From Camelus ferus (taxonomy: Eukaryota): a DNA stretch of 64,000 bases. The position numbers and the translations under genes were made by a program. The stretch lies in the NCBI RefSeq assembly GCF_009834535.1, contig NC_045696.1, forward strand, positions 11,658,001 to 11,722,000, read 5' to 3'. Positions within the stretch are counted from its first letter, which is position 1; each line of letters begins with the position of its first letter. Of the stretch, positions 14,237 through 27,500 are shown one piece after another. Below the pieces are notes generated by a model. That model ran no database searches. It saw only the letters and a list, made by a program, of their open reading frames with translations, and had not been told where the DNA came from.

Positions 14237-15459
14237 AGATAATCCCTTTTTAAAAAATGAATTCCTATGCTAATATCTTTGTGTTTCTCTTGTTTTCTGT
14301 ATCTTGGTATTATTTATAGGAAAATTCTACCTTTATCCACTTAAACAGAGTACATAACTAGTTCATATGTTGATTATATCTGGCATTGCATACTTTTTCT
14401 AAACTTACAGTTACCATTACCTATAGTCCCATTGTGTCTGTAGTTCTGAAAAGCTGTGAAAATTCTCTGTTGCTAGAGAATTTAAGATATGTTCCCAGGT
14501 AGGGCTATTTACATGGAAAAAAAGACTTTAATTCTTTAGGCTCACCTCTTAGTAAAGGTGATCTATGTCTTAGGGATTCCATATTTGAAATATCAGCATT
14601 AATTGGAAAGAAATGGAAATATGATTCATGTAATATGAATGTTGGTATGATTGAAAGTGCTCAGGAAGCCTTGAAATTTATTTCAAAATATATTTTTAGA
14701 AGTGTGTGTATATGTGCCTATGATTAAAACAAAACAAAATTAAGAATTTTTAAGAAATTAGATACAAGCTTAGTAATGTCAGAATTTTATCTTTTTAACT
14801 CTGTGAGCTCTCATGTTTTGGTTGGATTTAAAATTTAGGGGGAAGGATTATTATTATGCATGTGTGGTTAAGTCTCATGGGAGCATCTGATTATTGGATT
14901 TACTGTGGTGAGATTTGTTAAATATGGTGTCATTTTTATTCCTGACTAAATCAAGAAATTGTGAATTCAAGCTTTATAATTGCATGTTAAATTTCTTGCC
15001 TGATTTAATACCTGTGCTTCTCCAAATGAAGCTTAGAATTATTTGAAGTTCTTTAAAATCTCAGTGAGGCTTGGATTGAAATATTAAATACTGAGTCACA
15101 CTGTTGCCACTTTTGCCCAGGACCATGGTATGTTTGTTTCCATTCAGATCATTTTTGAGTTCTTCAGTAAAGTTTTGTAATTTTTTTCTGTTACAGATTT
15201 TGAAGATTTCTTACCTTTTACCTCCTCCCCCCCCCCCATTTTGCTGCTTTTAACAATCTTTTCCCATTATATTTTCAAAGTGATGGTGCTGGTATGTAGG
15301 AACACTCTTGGCTTTTCTTTACTACACAAATTGTTAAACTTTCCAAAAATTTATCATTTTTTTAGTTAATGTATTATAAATATATTTGTAGAACTGAAGG
15401 ATTAACTGCTAATTTTACTTTTAGTTAAATTTTTTTTTGTTTGTTTTTTGCTTTTTAAG

Positions 15460-15543
15460 CTCTTTTCACTTATGGATATGAAGCCTCCCATCTCTCGAGC
15501 CAAGATGATTCTCATCACGAAAGCTGCTATTAAAGCTATTAAG
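15460..15543 (+). CDS. SCAF4: SCAF4 exon 2 (CID), LFSLMDMKPPISRAKMILITKAAIKAIK
   Basis: tttttaag|CTC...AAG|gtaaga; 84 nt. Confidence 0.95.
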
Positions 15544-18500
15544 GTAAGAGTAAAATAAATATATTTAATTTGAAAAGTGTTTTTGAAATTTTGAAATGTT
15601 TTTATTAAATGTGGCTTCATCTTGTGAATTAGTTCAGGCCTGAATCAAAGAGCACTAACCAGGTTTTACTGAAGATACATAATAGTACAGTATGGTGCAT
15701 TTGCATTGTAACATATTGTTTTAAAACCTTATTGAGTTTTTTGTTGTTAGTATTTCCCATTTATATTTTTTAGCTATAAGAAGTATAATTGACAAATAAA
15801 TTTAGTCATATAATTTAATAAAATATGATTTGATACACGTGTACATTGTGGAATGATCACCTCAATCAAGCTAATTAATACATCCATCACTTCACATAAT
15901 TACCTTTTGATTATCTTTTATGTGTGTGGGGTGCTAAAAAAGTTGAACTCACTGAAGTAGAAAGTAGAATGGCAGGTTTTTTTTTTCCATTCAATTCTTA
16001 CAAATCGTCAGCATATTAGCTTCATTTTTATTTTAAAAAACCCTCAGGCTTCATGAAATTAAATGTCTTACCCAAGATCACTCCTAAATAATTGAGTCAC
16101 TTTAAAAACTGCATTATTTGGTCCCAATTCCATTGATCTTATTCCTGTCATAAAGTTCTCTGATAAATTGCTTTATGAGATTTACTGATTAAAAGTCTAA
16201 GAAAAGGGCCTGCTGTTTCGGGGGATTTTTTTTTATAGTTTTCTGTTTCAGTTAGTTTTTTCCTGATTTGTTAAGATTTCTTAAGTTGTTGACTGTGTGT
16301 TGAGTATGAATTATTTCTCATTGTCATTCAGTGGGGAATTAATCAGATTCTGCAAATTTCAAGGTTTTGAGTATTTTCTGATTACAGGAAATGTAGAAAT
16401 AATGTAAACTGGATAATGATTTTCTTTTAATTCTTTTCAGCTTTATAAGCATGTAGTTCAAATAGTAGAAAAGTTCATCAAAAAGGTAACTATCCATTTC
16501 ATTACTACTTCATTTTAGTTATGATCAGTAATTGTGATTTACTTTGTAATTTGTAATTTGGATGCTTGCTTCTAAAGCCACTCTACAAAAAAGTTGTCTC
16601 TAGGAGTTCGTTTTAATCATTAGAGATTTTGGGGGGTTTTTTCTTTAACAGAACAAAAATTTATAGCAGTACTGTTGATTGAACAATTACTGTGAGATAG
16701 CCATTCAACAACAGAATTTCTTGTCTGCTGACAAGACTCTCTTCCTTGAGCCTGATAGGTCTCCTCTCCCCTTTGCTGTGTCTACTCTGTTGACATTTAA
16801 CTCATCTTGGAGTACTTGAAATGAAATCACTGTAAAGTTTTCCAACTTTTCCCTGCTCCCATCATAATTGAACCATTTTTCACTTCCACAATTATATATT
16901 GCTTTACAACTGTGTGATTAGCACGTCTGTCTCAGTAGAGGACCGAGAGCAGAGATTTGGACATCTTTGTCTGCTTCCCCAACCTGGAATTGTGTCATGT
17001 AGTACACACTGATAAATGTGTATGGACTCCAAAAAAAAAAAAAAAAGTTGTGTGTGGAAATGTCTCTGGCCCATGGCCTTTTAATACTGGCTGAGAGATA
17101 GGAGTTAGAGCTCCAACAGACCAAAAAAGGATAGTCAGTAGAGGTTTTTATAGTAGCAAATCCAAGTACAAATAAATAAAATAGAAAAAAATTTAAATTA
17201 CCTATATGCCATCACCCCAGATACTATGAATGTCTTTATTTCATTTGGATCTACTCAGGTTTTAGTATGTACATGTACATTTATAAAAGGAAAAATGAAG
17301 ACATACTGATTGATAATCTGCTTTCCCACTGAATTTATCATAAACATCTGTGAAGTATTTCATCGTGATTGTTTTCACAATTTATTTTTTCTCCTTTTTT
17401 TATTGAATGAAAGATTCTTAAATTCTGTAGTGCTTTAAAAAAAATCTATAATGCTTTGTAATTTTCAAAAGTTTCACACACATGAATTCATGTAATCCGA
17501 TAATAACCTTTTTCCTCATCCCTGTATTGCCCCTCTCCGTTCCCTTTCCTTACTGATAACCACTAGTTTGTTCTCTATATCTGAGTCTACTTTTTTGTTT
17601 CATTCACATTTGTTGTATTTTTTAGATTTCACATGTAAGTGATATCATAGAGTATTTGTCTTTCTCTGTCTTATTTCACTTAGCATAATGCCTTCCAAGT
17701 CCATCCATGTTTCTGCAAATGGCAAAATTCTATTCTGTTTCACGGTTGAGTAGAATTTTGTTGTGTATATATATATATATACATATACGCACACCCTATC
17801 TTTATACACTTCTGTTGATGGATATGTTTTCATTATCTACTCAACCAGTTCCTTACTGCTGGGCATTTCACTTCAGGGGCTAGCTTTATGGGGAAAATTA
17901 GAGACATCTTAATTGTTTTCCTTGGAATAAATTTCTAGATGTAGACTTGTTGAATCAAATAAGGCTTTGCTTTTATTGCTAAATCATCTTTCATAAAGAT
18001 TGTACCACCAGAGATGTATGTGGGTGTCTTTTTCTCTGTTCTTTCTATCTTGCCAATTTGGTAGGCCAACAAAGGCCTCTCCTTTTTTGTTTCTCTGGTA
18101 CTGTAATAGAATTAAAATTAATATGTTGTTAAAATTATCTTTTTGATAATTTTAAAAGGTTAAAATTATATTTTTGAGCAGGATGAATTGGAATAGAGAC
18201 TTATTATAATAAGTGGATTTGTATGGAAGTGGCTTTGGGATTGGTAAAGTAATGTTGATTCTGTGCAGTTGTGTGTGCGGAGATAGAGGGATCAGAGAAA
18301 AGTAAAATATTGGGGATCTGAAGTTTCAAGAGAATGGCAGTTCTCTACAGACTTGTAGGAAATTTGACAAACTAGCCAATAAGAGAACTAAACATTCGGG
18401 TAGTTTCTAAATAAAAATAAATGTTGGATATATAGAGTTTCATAAAAGTGAGGTTAATGGGTATCAGATTGTGATTTGCTTTTCTTGTATTGACTTTACA

Positions 18501-21500
18501 TCTTTATCTTTGTAGTGTAAACCAGAGTACAAGGTTCCGGGATTGTATGTAATCGACTCAATTGTGCGACAGTCTCGTCATCAGTTTGGAACTGATAAAG
18601 ATGTTTTTGGGCCAAGATTCTCTAAAAACATAACTGCCACATTCCAATATTTATATCTTTGTCCATCTGAAGATAAGGTATAGTTTATAATTTTATTATT
18701 TAAGTCTGTTTAAATGTATACTAGATATTTGGTACTAGAAAGATAATTATGTAGCGATCTCTGTGAACTTGAAACAAAACCCAGTTTTTTCTGTAGTAGT
18801 CATCTCGTATTTATCCATTTTTTTTGTGAAGTCCTTCAGGAATGTTGTATTGTTAAAATTTAAAAGGAGCACCATCTTGCTTTAAAGAAGATGTTGTTGG
18901 AAAGATTTCTTGTGTTGAGTGGTAAAGAAATTCTGCAGTAGAGGAAGGCAGTGCTCACCTCAGATTGTTGCTTATTCCAGAAGGGACTAAGAATTGATGG
19001 CTTTCCCCAGTATATAGAGATGCTAGAGTGTAAATGGTTTTCATTAGCAATCAGACTATAGTATCTAATTCCTCTCATATATAGCTGGCTTTACAATGTA
19101 CTATAAAAATATTTTTAAAAAAATTATAGACATGAAAACTAGACTCCAGTATGTGGAAGAAATACACCGGTAAGGTAAACTCAGTGAAGGCTAGAGACTT
19201 ACAATAAACGGCGCATAAATTTTGAGTATTATGGATTCTATATTTATACTCTTGGAGGAATGCTCTTCTTGGGAAAGTATACAAGAGAAAAAGGTGATTT
19301 CCTTAAGTAGGAGATAAGAATTATACCCATGAATAGCACATTTTCTCTGGATTGCCTTCATATTTACTGGTCCACAAAACAACTTACATAACACTTGCTG
19401 GCCAGTTTCTTAATATTTTTAACTGTTACGGTCATCCTGAAAATTTTTTTACTTCAGTTCTCTCGGATAACTATTTTTGTTTCTTTGTAACTATGAATAT
19501 AATGAAAACTTCAAATGCATTATTATAGTAAATTTCTTTTTATCTAGATTATATTCCTTTTTTTTTTTCCCTCCTGTTTCTTAGACCAAATTATACTACT
19601 GAAGAAAGGTCAATTAGAGGAGTTTAATCAGGTTGTAATTCAGATGATTTAATTCTTTTTATGAAACAGATCTAATTTGAAGATACTAGCTTAGAGTATT
19701 TTTTTTCTCTTTGTAAGAAGTATAATAAATTATTTAAGCAAATATTTATTGTATATTCATGTTTTCTCACACATAACAGAGTAAAATAGTTCGTGTGCTG
19801 AACCTTTGGCAAAAAAATGGGGTATTCAAAATTGAAATTATTCAGCCTCTTTTGGACATGGCAGCAGGAACCAGTAATGCAGCCCCAATAGCAGAAAATG
19901 TTACTAATAATGAAGGTATGGCCAAGTGTATCTGTGAACTTAGAAATGATATAATTTTTTGTGCATGAAATATTTGGAGTCTATTTATGGTGATGGACTT
20001 TTTCCATAAGAAGGAAACTTGAGTTTACATCTTGGAATGTATGGTTTTCTTTCCATAGTTCTTATTTCTAATAAAAGTTTTCAATGCTAGTATAAACTGT
20101 AATACTATAATCTATATTTTTACTGTGTGTTTAACTGAATGGAATGTTTTGTATAGAAACTTAATGGAGTTTAAAAAAAATTTATAGGTTAAAGTTTTCT
20201 TAGGCCTTAATGACCTTTTCTTTTTTAGGTTCACCTCCACCTCCAGTCAAGGTTGCTTCTGAACTTCCACAGGCCACTACAAACTCTGTACCAACTGTAC
20301 CACAGTTGCCCAGCTCTGATGCTTTTGCTGCTGTGGCCCAACTGTTTCAGACAACTCAAGGTCAACAGGTAAACCACTTATCCGAAGAAACATTAAATTG
20401 TTTATTTAAGATACTGTTGTCAGTTCTTATTTTTCATTCCTAATTATCAAGCACATTTTAGGGAGGAAATATTTCTACTTTTCAACTAGAAAAGCCTTCA
20501 CCAGGAAGGTAAATGCATAGGGCTAATAGGAAAACTGTGGGAAAGGGTGAGAAACAGGGTAACAGCACACTGAGAAATAGCAGTACCCCTTTGGAGAGAA
20601 CTTAAGAACTGCCAAATTGCTGGTATGGCTGCTCGCAGTTCCAGAATTTCCAGTTGATTTCAAAATTATTTGGATTGGAGATAGTTTTTTACACTTTTCT
20701 AGAGTATATATTTACCTTGTTCACAATTTGGTGTATTTTCTTTTCTCTTTGACCATCATTTTCTACTGTTGGGGTTGTTGGCATACATTTTTAACCTTAA
20801 GTGACATTGTTCCCTGACATTCACAACAAATGTAACCATTACCAAAAAGTGGATTCTTTTTCCCAGTGTACTCTGTGCCTATGCTATTTTGAGCCACCTG
20901 TAAGATTTTCTTTAGTAAATTAACTTTTGATACTATGGTTATACTTTGTTATGTGGTTTATCAGTTTTCCCATTCTTTAAGCTTCAGCAGATCCTTCAGA
21001 CTTTTCAACAGCCTCCAAAACCACAGTCTCCCGCCATTGACAATGCTGTGATGGCTCAGGTTCAGGCTATCACAGCTCAATTAAAGACAGCTCCTACACA
21101 ACCACCTGAACAAAAAGCTGCTTTCCCCCCACCTGAGCAAAAAACTGCATTTGACAAGGTACGCTTCTCTCACATATCCCACTCTATTGTCTATATCACT
21201 CAGGTCGGAATGTGGAAGGTTCTCCCTTCTCTAGCTTCTCTGGATTGTCATTTCGTTGCGTTGTGGTTTGAGGGATTTTTCCCCCTTATATCAAAACATG
21301 GATTATTATTTCTGGTTATAAATGTAATATATACTTGTTGCAAAATTTACAGTGTAACGGAAACAGGAGAACATTCACCATTAACATACTTGAAGATAAC
21401 ATTTTGATGTATATCTTTTCAGAATTAATTTCCTGGGGTTATATACTTTTTCTTTCGTTTTATATATGTGTGTACATACATATACATATTAAAAAATATA

Positions 21501-24500
21501 TGTATGTCTTTAGTATATATAAACACTGTTTCTGACTTGCATGTTTTGATCTTAATCTTGTCTCTTTGTTGTTGTTGAGGTTAATAGATGTAGATACACA
21601 TTTTTACTGAGTGATCATTTAGGAGTATTTCATTCCATGGGCACATCACAATTTAGCCATTCCCCCTATTGATAGACATTGAAGTTGCTTTCTGTTTTTT
21701 TGCTGTTAAAAACGTTAATTATATCTATATGAGGGTTTGGATTGGTTCAGTGTCTTCCAACTGTTCTCTTGGGTCTTATATATGTTGAAGGAGCTGCCAC
21801 TGAGGATATAGATGTGCTGAATATACACAGCTCAGAGCTTCCTGTTGAGATGTTAACCCAAACAACTCCACTTTTATCTTGTCTATGTATTGGATTTATG
21901 GCCATACAAAATTTCATTTCATTCTACAGATTTCGCTGCAAAAAACAATAAAAGTTTGAAGATCCTGGAATGATATATCTTTCAGTTTAATCTCTAGAAT
22001 TTTGATTCTTTCTAGCATTTATATTTATATTTATATTTATAATTACAAGATACAATGACTTTATTGCTGGTAGTCCATGTTAAGAATCCATATATAAACA
22101 GATACTGGTTATATTGTAGTGATTTATGAATGAATATTGGTTAAAAAAAGGTTGAATGAAATTTTTAAGTAGAAAGGAATACATGTTTATTATAGGGAAA
22201 AAAAAGCAAGTAATACAGAAAGTTCCAAAGTAAAAAGGGAATCAGTTCCCCTCTGCTTTGAACAGATTTGTTTCTTCTTTTCAGACCTGTTTTCAAGCAT
22301 ATGTGAACATAAATTGTTACGTATTGTGGTTTTGTTTATTAGTCTTCTGTTTTGTGTTATAATTAGGAAAACTCTTCCCACTGGTATTAAAAATTCTGTA
22401 GTTCTCCTAGTAGTTTTATATTTTTGTTTTTTATGTTTGTCTCTCAGTCCATCCATCCAGAACCATATTTTAGAATATCTTCATATTTTGGAAACTGCTG
22501 ATTCTCCCTCACAATTTTTGTCATACACTTAATTCTCGTTTGTTTCTGTGTCTATCTCTAGACACTATTCTGTCCCACTAATATATTTGCTTATTTCTGC
22601 ATCATAACAATTTAAATACTTGCAACTTGTATTTTATTTCCAGATGTGTTTCTGCCCTTATTCTCTTTCAGACTTTCTTTGGCTATTCTTGAGCATATGT
22701 ATTAGGGTTCTCCAGAGAAACAGAAGCAGTTACACACGCACACTCTCACGCTCATGCTCACGCAGTTGTCCAGGCTGGCAAATTTGAAATTTGTACGTCA
22801 GAATGGCAGGCTGGAAATTCAGATAAGACTTAATGTTGCAGTCTTCAGTCTGAATTCTGCATGGCAAGGTTTCCATATTGCCATCTTGAGAATTCCTTCT
22901 CCAGGAAACCTAAATTCTTGGTCTTAAGGCCTTCGACTGATTGGATGAGGCATACCCATATTATGGAGAATATTTATTCAAAATCTACTGATTTAAATGT
23001 TTAATCACATTTTTAAAATACCTTTCACAGCAACATCTAGATTAATATTCAACCAAACCACTGGGCACCATAATGTAGCCAAGTTACATACGATTAACCA
23101 TCATAATATACTTTTGCAGATGAACTTTAACAAATTTTAGAATTTATGGATTTATATGTTAATTTAAGAAGTACTGATAGTCTCTGTTGCAGAATCTCCA
23201 TTTATTAGGTTTTTAATGTAAGTTGTATACATTTTTTGTTCCATTTATCCATTCTTAGGTATTTATTCATTTTCCATGTTTAATTTTTTATAACACTTCT
23301 ATTTAGTTAATGATGCCATAGATGAAAACTTAATTTTTATTTTATCTTGTAAATGGTCTTGGTATTAAATGCTGTTTTCTAATTGGTTCTCTCAGATTTT
23401 CTAGGCTACTAAACTTGACTTTTCCTCTCAACATCAACATAGGCATTTCTTTTTCTTTTCTTATTATACTGGTGGCTAGGACTTCCAGGAAAAAGATGTT
23501 GAGTAATAGCAGTGCTACTGGCATTCTTACTTTGTTATTAACTTGAATTGTAATTCTCTAGTGTTTTACCTTAAGTGAGTTAATCAGTGTTTTTTAGTTA
23601 TATAAAGTTTAGAAGAAGGAATTCTTTGCTTTTGACTAAAAAAGGTCTATTTTAAGCTAGTCAAACAGCTTGACTGGGAACATTTTGTCTGTTTCAGCTG
23701 CTTCATAGATCTTCAGTTTCCTAAAAAAGCAACAGAAATGCCTTTTTGGATATAAAAGTTTAATTTTTTAATTGCTTCAAATCTTTTTCCAAAGCAATAG
23801 TTATAAATCTCAAATTTTAACACACCTGTATGTGATAAACTGCGAAGATCATAGGGTTTGAGTTTTCTGTAGGCAGTTTAGACTCGAGTTTTAATTTTGG
23901 CTCCTGTTACTGACTCTTTCTTAATGTTGGGTTACTTAAATACTCACTGTATACCAGTGTAATAAAATAAAAAAGTTTCTTCTGTGTAGCACAGGGAACT
24001 ATGTTTAGTATCTTACAATAACTTCTAATTAAAAGAAAATGAAAACGAATATATGTATGTATATGCATGACTGGGACATTGTGCTGTACACCAGAAATTG
24101 ACACGTCATAACTGTACTTCAGTAAAAAATTTTAAAATAAATTTTAAAAAATACCTGTATTTTCTTATTGCCACTGAGGGTTAAGTAAGCTAATGTGCGT
24201 AAAGCAGCAGGATGCCTCAGCCATATTAGATTGCTCAGTTATAAGAACTTTTAATCACATGGCCTAGAATTACAAAGAAAGGAAGAAAGACAAATGTTGT
24301 CCAAGAAGGGGACTTCTCGTCCTAATTTAGAAATCTGTTCAATAGAGTAGAATCAGAATTTCTAGGCAGAACTATCACAGAACAATAGAAATACAGGAAT
24401 CTGAGGTTGGAAATCCATGAGCAGGAAGGGTACAGCTTGAGAGAGATGACTGCTTGTTTGACACCAGAGACAGGGCTTTGAAGTAGTAAAGACCATTGTC

Positions 24501-27500
24501 TACATCCTGATTCTATCATTTATTAACTGTATGGTCTTGGTTTTTGGTTCTTAATTCCTGAGCCTTAGTTTCCTTGTCTGTAAAAAGAAGAAATTATATC
24601 TACATTGTATGCTTCTTGTGATGATGAAGTATTGTATGTAACCTACCAAAACACGCAGTGGGTGTTCCTATGGAATTAGGTGTATTACTTTCCTTCCTTC
24701 CTACCTTTCTAAATAAATGTGATAATATTTTTGAGTGGCTCTTCTTGATATGATTTTGTGAAGTGCCCTGATTGGCTTTCTTGATTTTTTTTTTTAAATG
24801 AGCGTTTCTGGTAATCTAAGGTGAGCTGCGAAGTTTTAAGAAAGAAGCAAGTAATCAGGTAGACTGTGTGGCCCTGTCTGTGCCATTCTCTTTCTTCTTT
24901 GTCGTATTACTAGTATATTCTTGAGCAAGCAGCATATGGACATTTTTCTGTAGGCATTTAAAATGATTAGATAAGATGGTCTTTCTTTTTGTACATTTTA
25001 CAAAGCTGACTGAAAATGTATACCCATTTTCACATGTGCAAAGTTCCAGAAGTTTTTAGTCTAGTAAAAATCTGTCACTAAATTAGCTATAAAATCATGT
25101 AGAAAATACTCAAAAAGAGAACACTACTTAGAATTGGGGAAGAAAAGCAGAATTTAAATAATTATGTCTTTTCAAAATGACATTTGTATAAAAATTGTCT
25201 ATGAACCAAGGTCCTAAGAGACATAAGGGAAAATGAGATTATACTTGAAAGCATGGTGGGGTTATGCATGATGGTGAATATCTGTTGTTTGTGTAAAGAT
25301 TTTTGTGCAGTGAAGCATAGTCTAAATTTTAAAATGGAATATTGACATGCCTATTTCAGAAGCTACTTGATAGATTTGATTACGATGATGAGCCAGAAGC
25401 TGTGGAGGAATCAAAGAAAGAAGATGCTGCTGCCGCCGCTGCCGCCGCCGCCGCCGCCGCCGCTGCTGTTGCTGCTGCTGCCGCCGCCACTGCTGCCAGT
25501 GCCGCCACGGCACCTCCTGCTGCTGCCGCACCCCCAGCTCCTGCTGCTGCCGTGCCTTCTGCTGCCCCGGCTGCGGCTTCTCCTCCACAGGCCCCCTTGT
25601 GAGTTTCTTTTGATTTCTCAGCAGATACGGATTTAGTAATCATTGTAAGGCATGATGCAAGTAACAATAACATAATCATTTTTCAAAAAAAAAATAATCA
25701 TTTTTCATACAGTCTTTTAAAGAAAATTTTTTTATTGTGATATTACAGGTTTTCTTCTAAATGGAGAGGGTCCTATCAGATTTACAGTAGAAAAATGGCT
25801 TTTATGTTAGGAATAATGCTGAATGTGTAAATTAATATAGACAAATGTGTGATTCAGTCAAATGCTGATAATTAATGACTCCTGAGCAGCATTCTTTTAA
25901 GTTTCTGTAATATACATGTGGCTAAGAGGCATGTGTTTTTGAATGGGTAAAAAGATTACTCATTTTTTAGTGGATTTCCTGGAGATGGCATGCAGCAGCC
26001 GGCATATACCCAGCATCAAAACATGGATCAGTTTCAACCTCGAATGATGCCAATACAGCAGGAGCCAGCGCATCATCAGGTAGGGACATTTTTCTTACAG
26101 CTGAGTTTTAGTAACTGAAGATTTATTCATTAGAGCATATGGATTGGACTTCTTAGGTCACTATTGCTAGCTGGTGTGAGTGGCTAAATAGTACTAGAGC
26201 TGCAATAAAAGCTGTTGAGCACATAACTGATTTGAGTTGCCTTTTGATTTAATTAAAACAAGGATGCTAATAAATATTGCATGCTAATAATTTAATACTA
26301 GGTATTTTTATTAAAATAGTTTAGAGAGAGATTTTGGTTCTATTTCAGGGAACTGGCTTGTTTAGTTATATAGCTCTTTTCTTATTTCCTCCCTTCCTTC
26401 CTTTCTTTCTTTTTCTTCTCTGCTTATCTCTCTTCTTTCATTATATTGTGTGATTCAGTGCTTTAGAGGGCTTTCAAGCTCACAGCATTCAGGAATATAG
26501 TTTGAAATCTGCAGTAAAAGGAGCATGGTGTACTTAGAGGATTACAGGAAGTTAGTAGAGCTTTGTTCATTGGGTTTATTTTTTAAAATAAATTTTTTTT
26601 ATTTATTTAAATTGGGTTTATTTTTTAAAATAAATAAAATAAAATAAATTCTCTAATTCAGAGTTTCCTAAACTTGACTGTGCATCTAAATTATGGGGGC
26701 AGGGGAAGGATGTTTTAAAAAAATATAAATTTGGCGCCTCTAGTGCTATAGTCACTCTAAAGAATCTGTTGTGGGGTTTTTTTGTTTGTTTATTTGTTTC
26801 TAATTGTGTAGTGATTCTGTTTTACAACCAGCCTTGGGAAATACTACTTTATAGACTTAGTTTAGAAAGTGTTCTAAGAAATCTCTTTAGAATATATTCA
26901 TTTTCTTATCTGTATCATGTTCAGTCCCTACTATAAACTTTCCTTGTTTTAATGTGCTTCACGGATTCTTTGGGGTTTTCTTTTTTCTTTTTCTTTTTTT
27001 TTTTAAACAAATTGAAGGTTTGTAGCAACCATGCATTGTCAGATGATTGTTAGCATTTTTTAGCAATAAAGTATTTTTAAATTAAAGTATATACTTTTTT
27101 TTAGACTTAATGTTATTGCACACTTAATAGACTGCAGTATAATGTAAACATAACTTCTGTATGTACTAGAAAACCAAAAAATTATTGTGATATTCACTTT
27201 ATTATAGTGGTCTGGAACTGAACCCACAATATCTCTGAGGTGTGCCTGCATTTGGTCATATGAAATTGATGCTGTGATTTTAATGACTTGTTGATAAATG
27301 ACATTTGAAAGATATTTTATGAGCCTGTTTAAAATATGAAGAAAACCTATGAGTTTATTTCCAAATGTTTAACAATTACTTAAAGTTTATAAATAATTTA
27401 GAAAGAGTGCTTTTTTTGTGATATTGTAATTACATATTTATGCTTTTAATTCTATTGGTATTGAAATGACACCTGTAGAAATATGTTAGATTGTGGCTTA

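Noticed and set aside
25322..25679. Poly-Q/R, poly-P/L and antisense poly-A ORFs
   Set aside because: Other frames of the GCN repeat; only the Ala frame fits the splice phases
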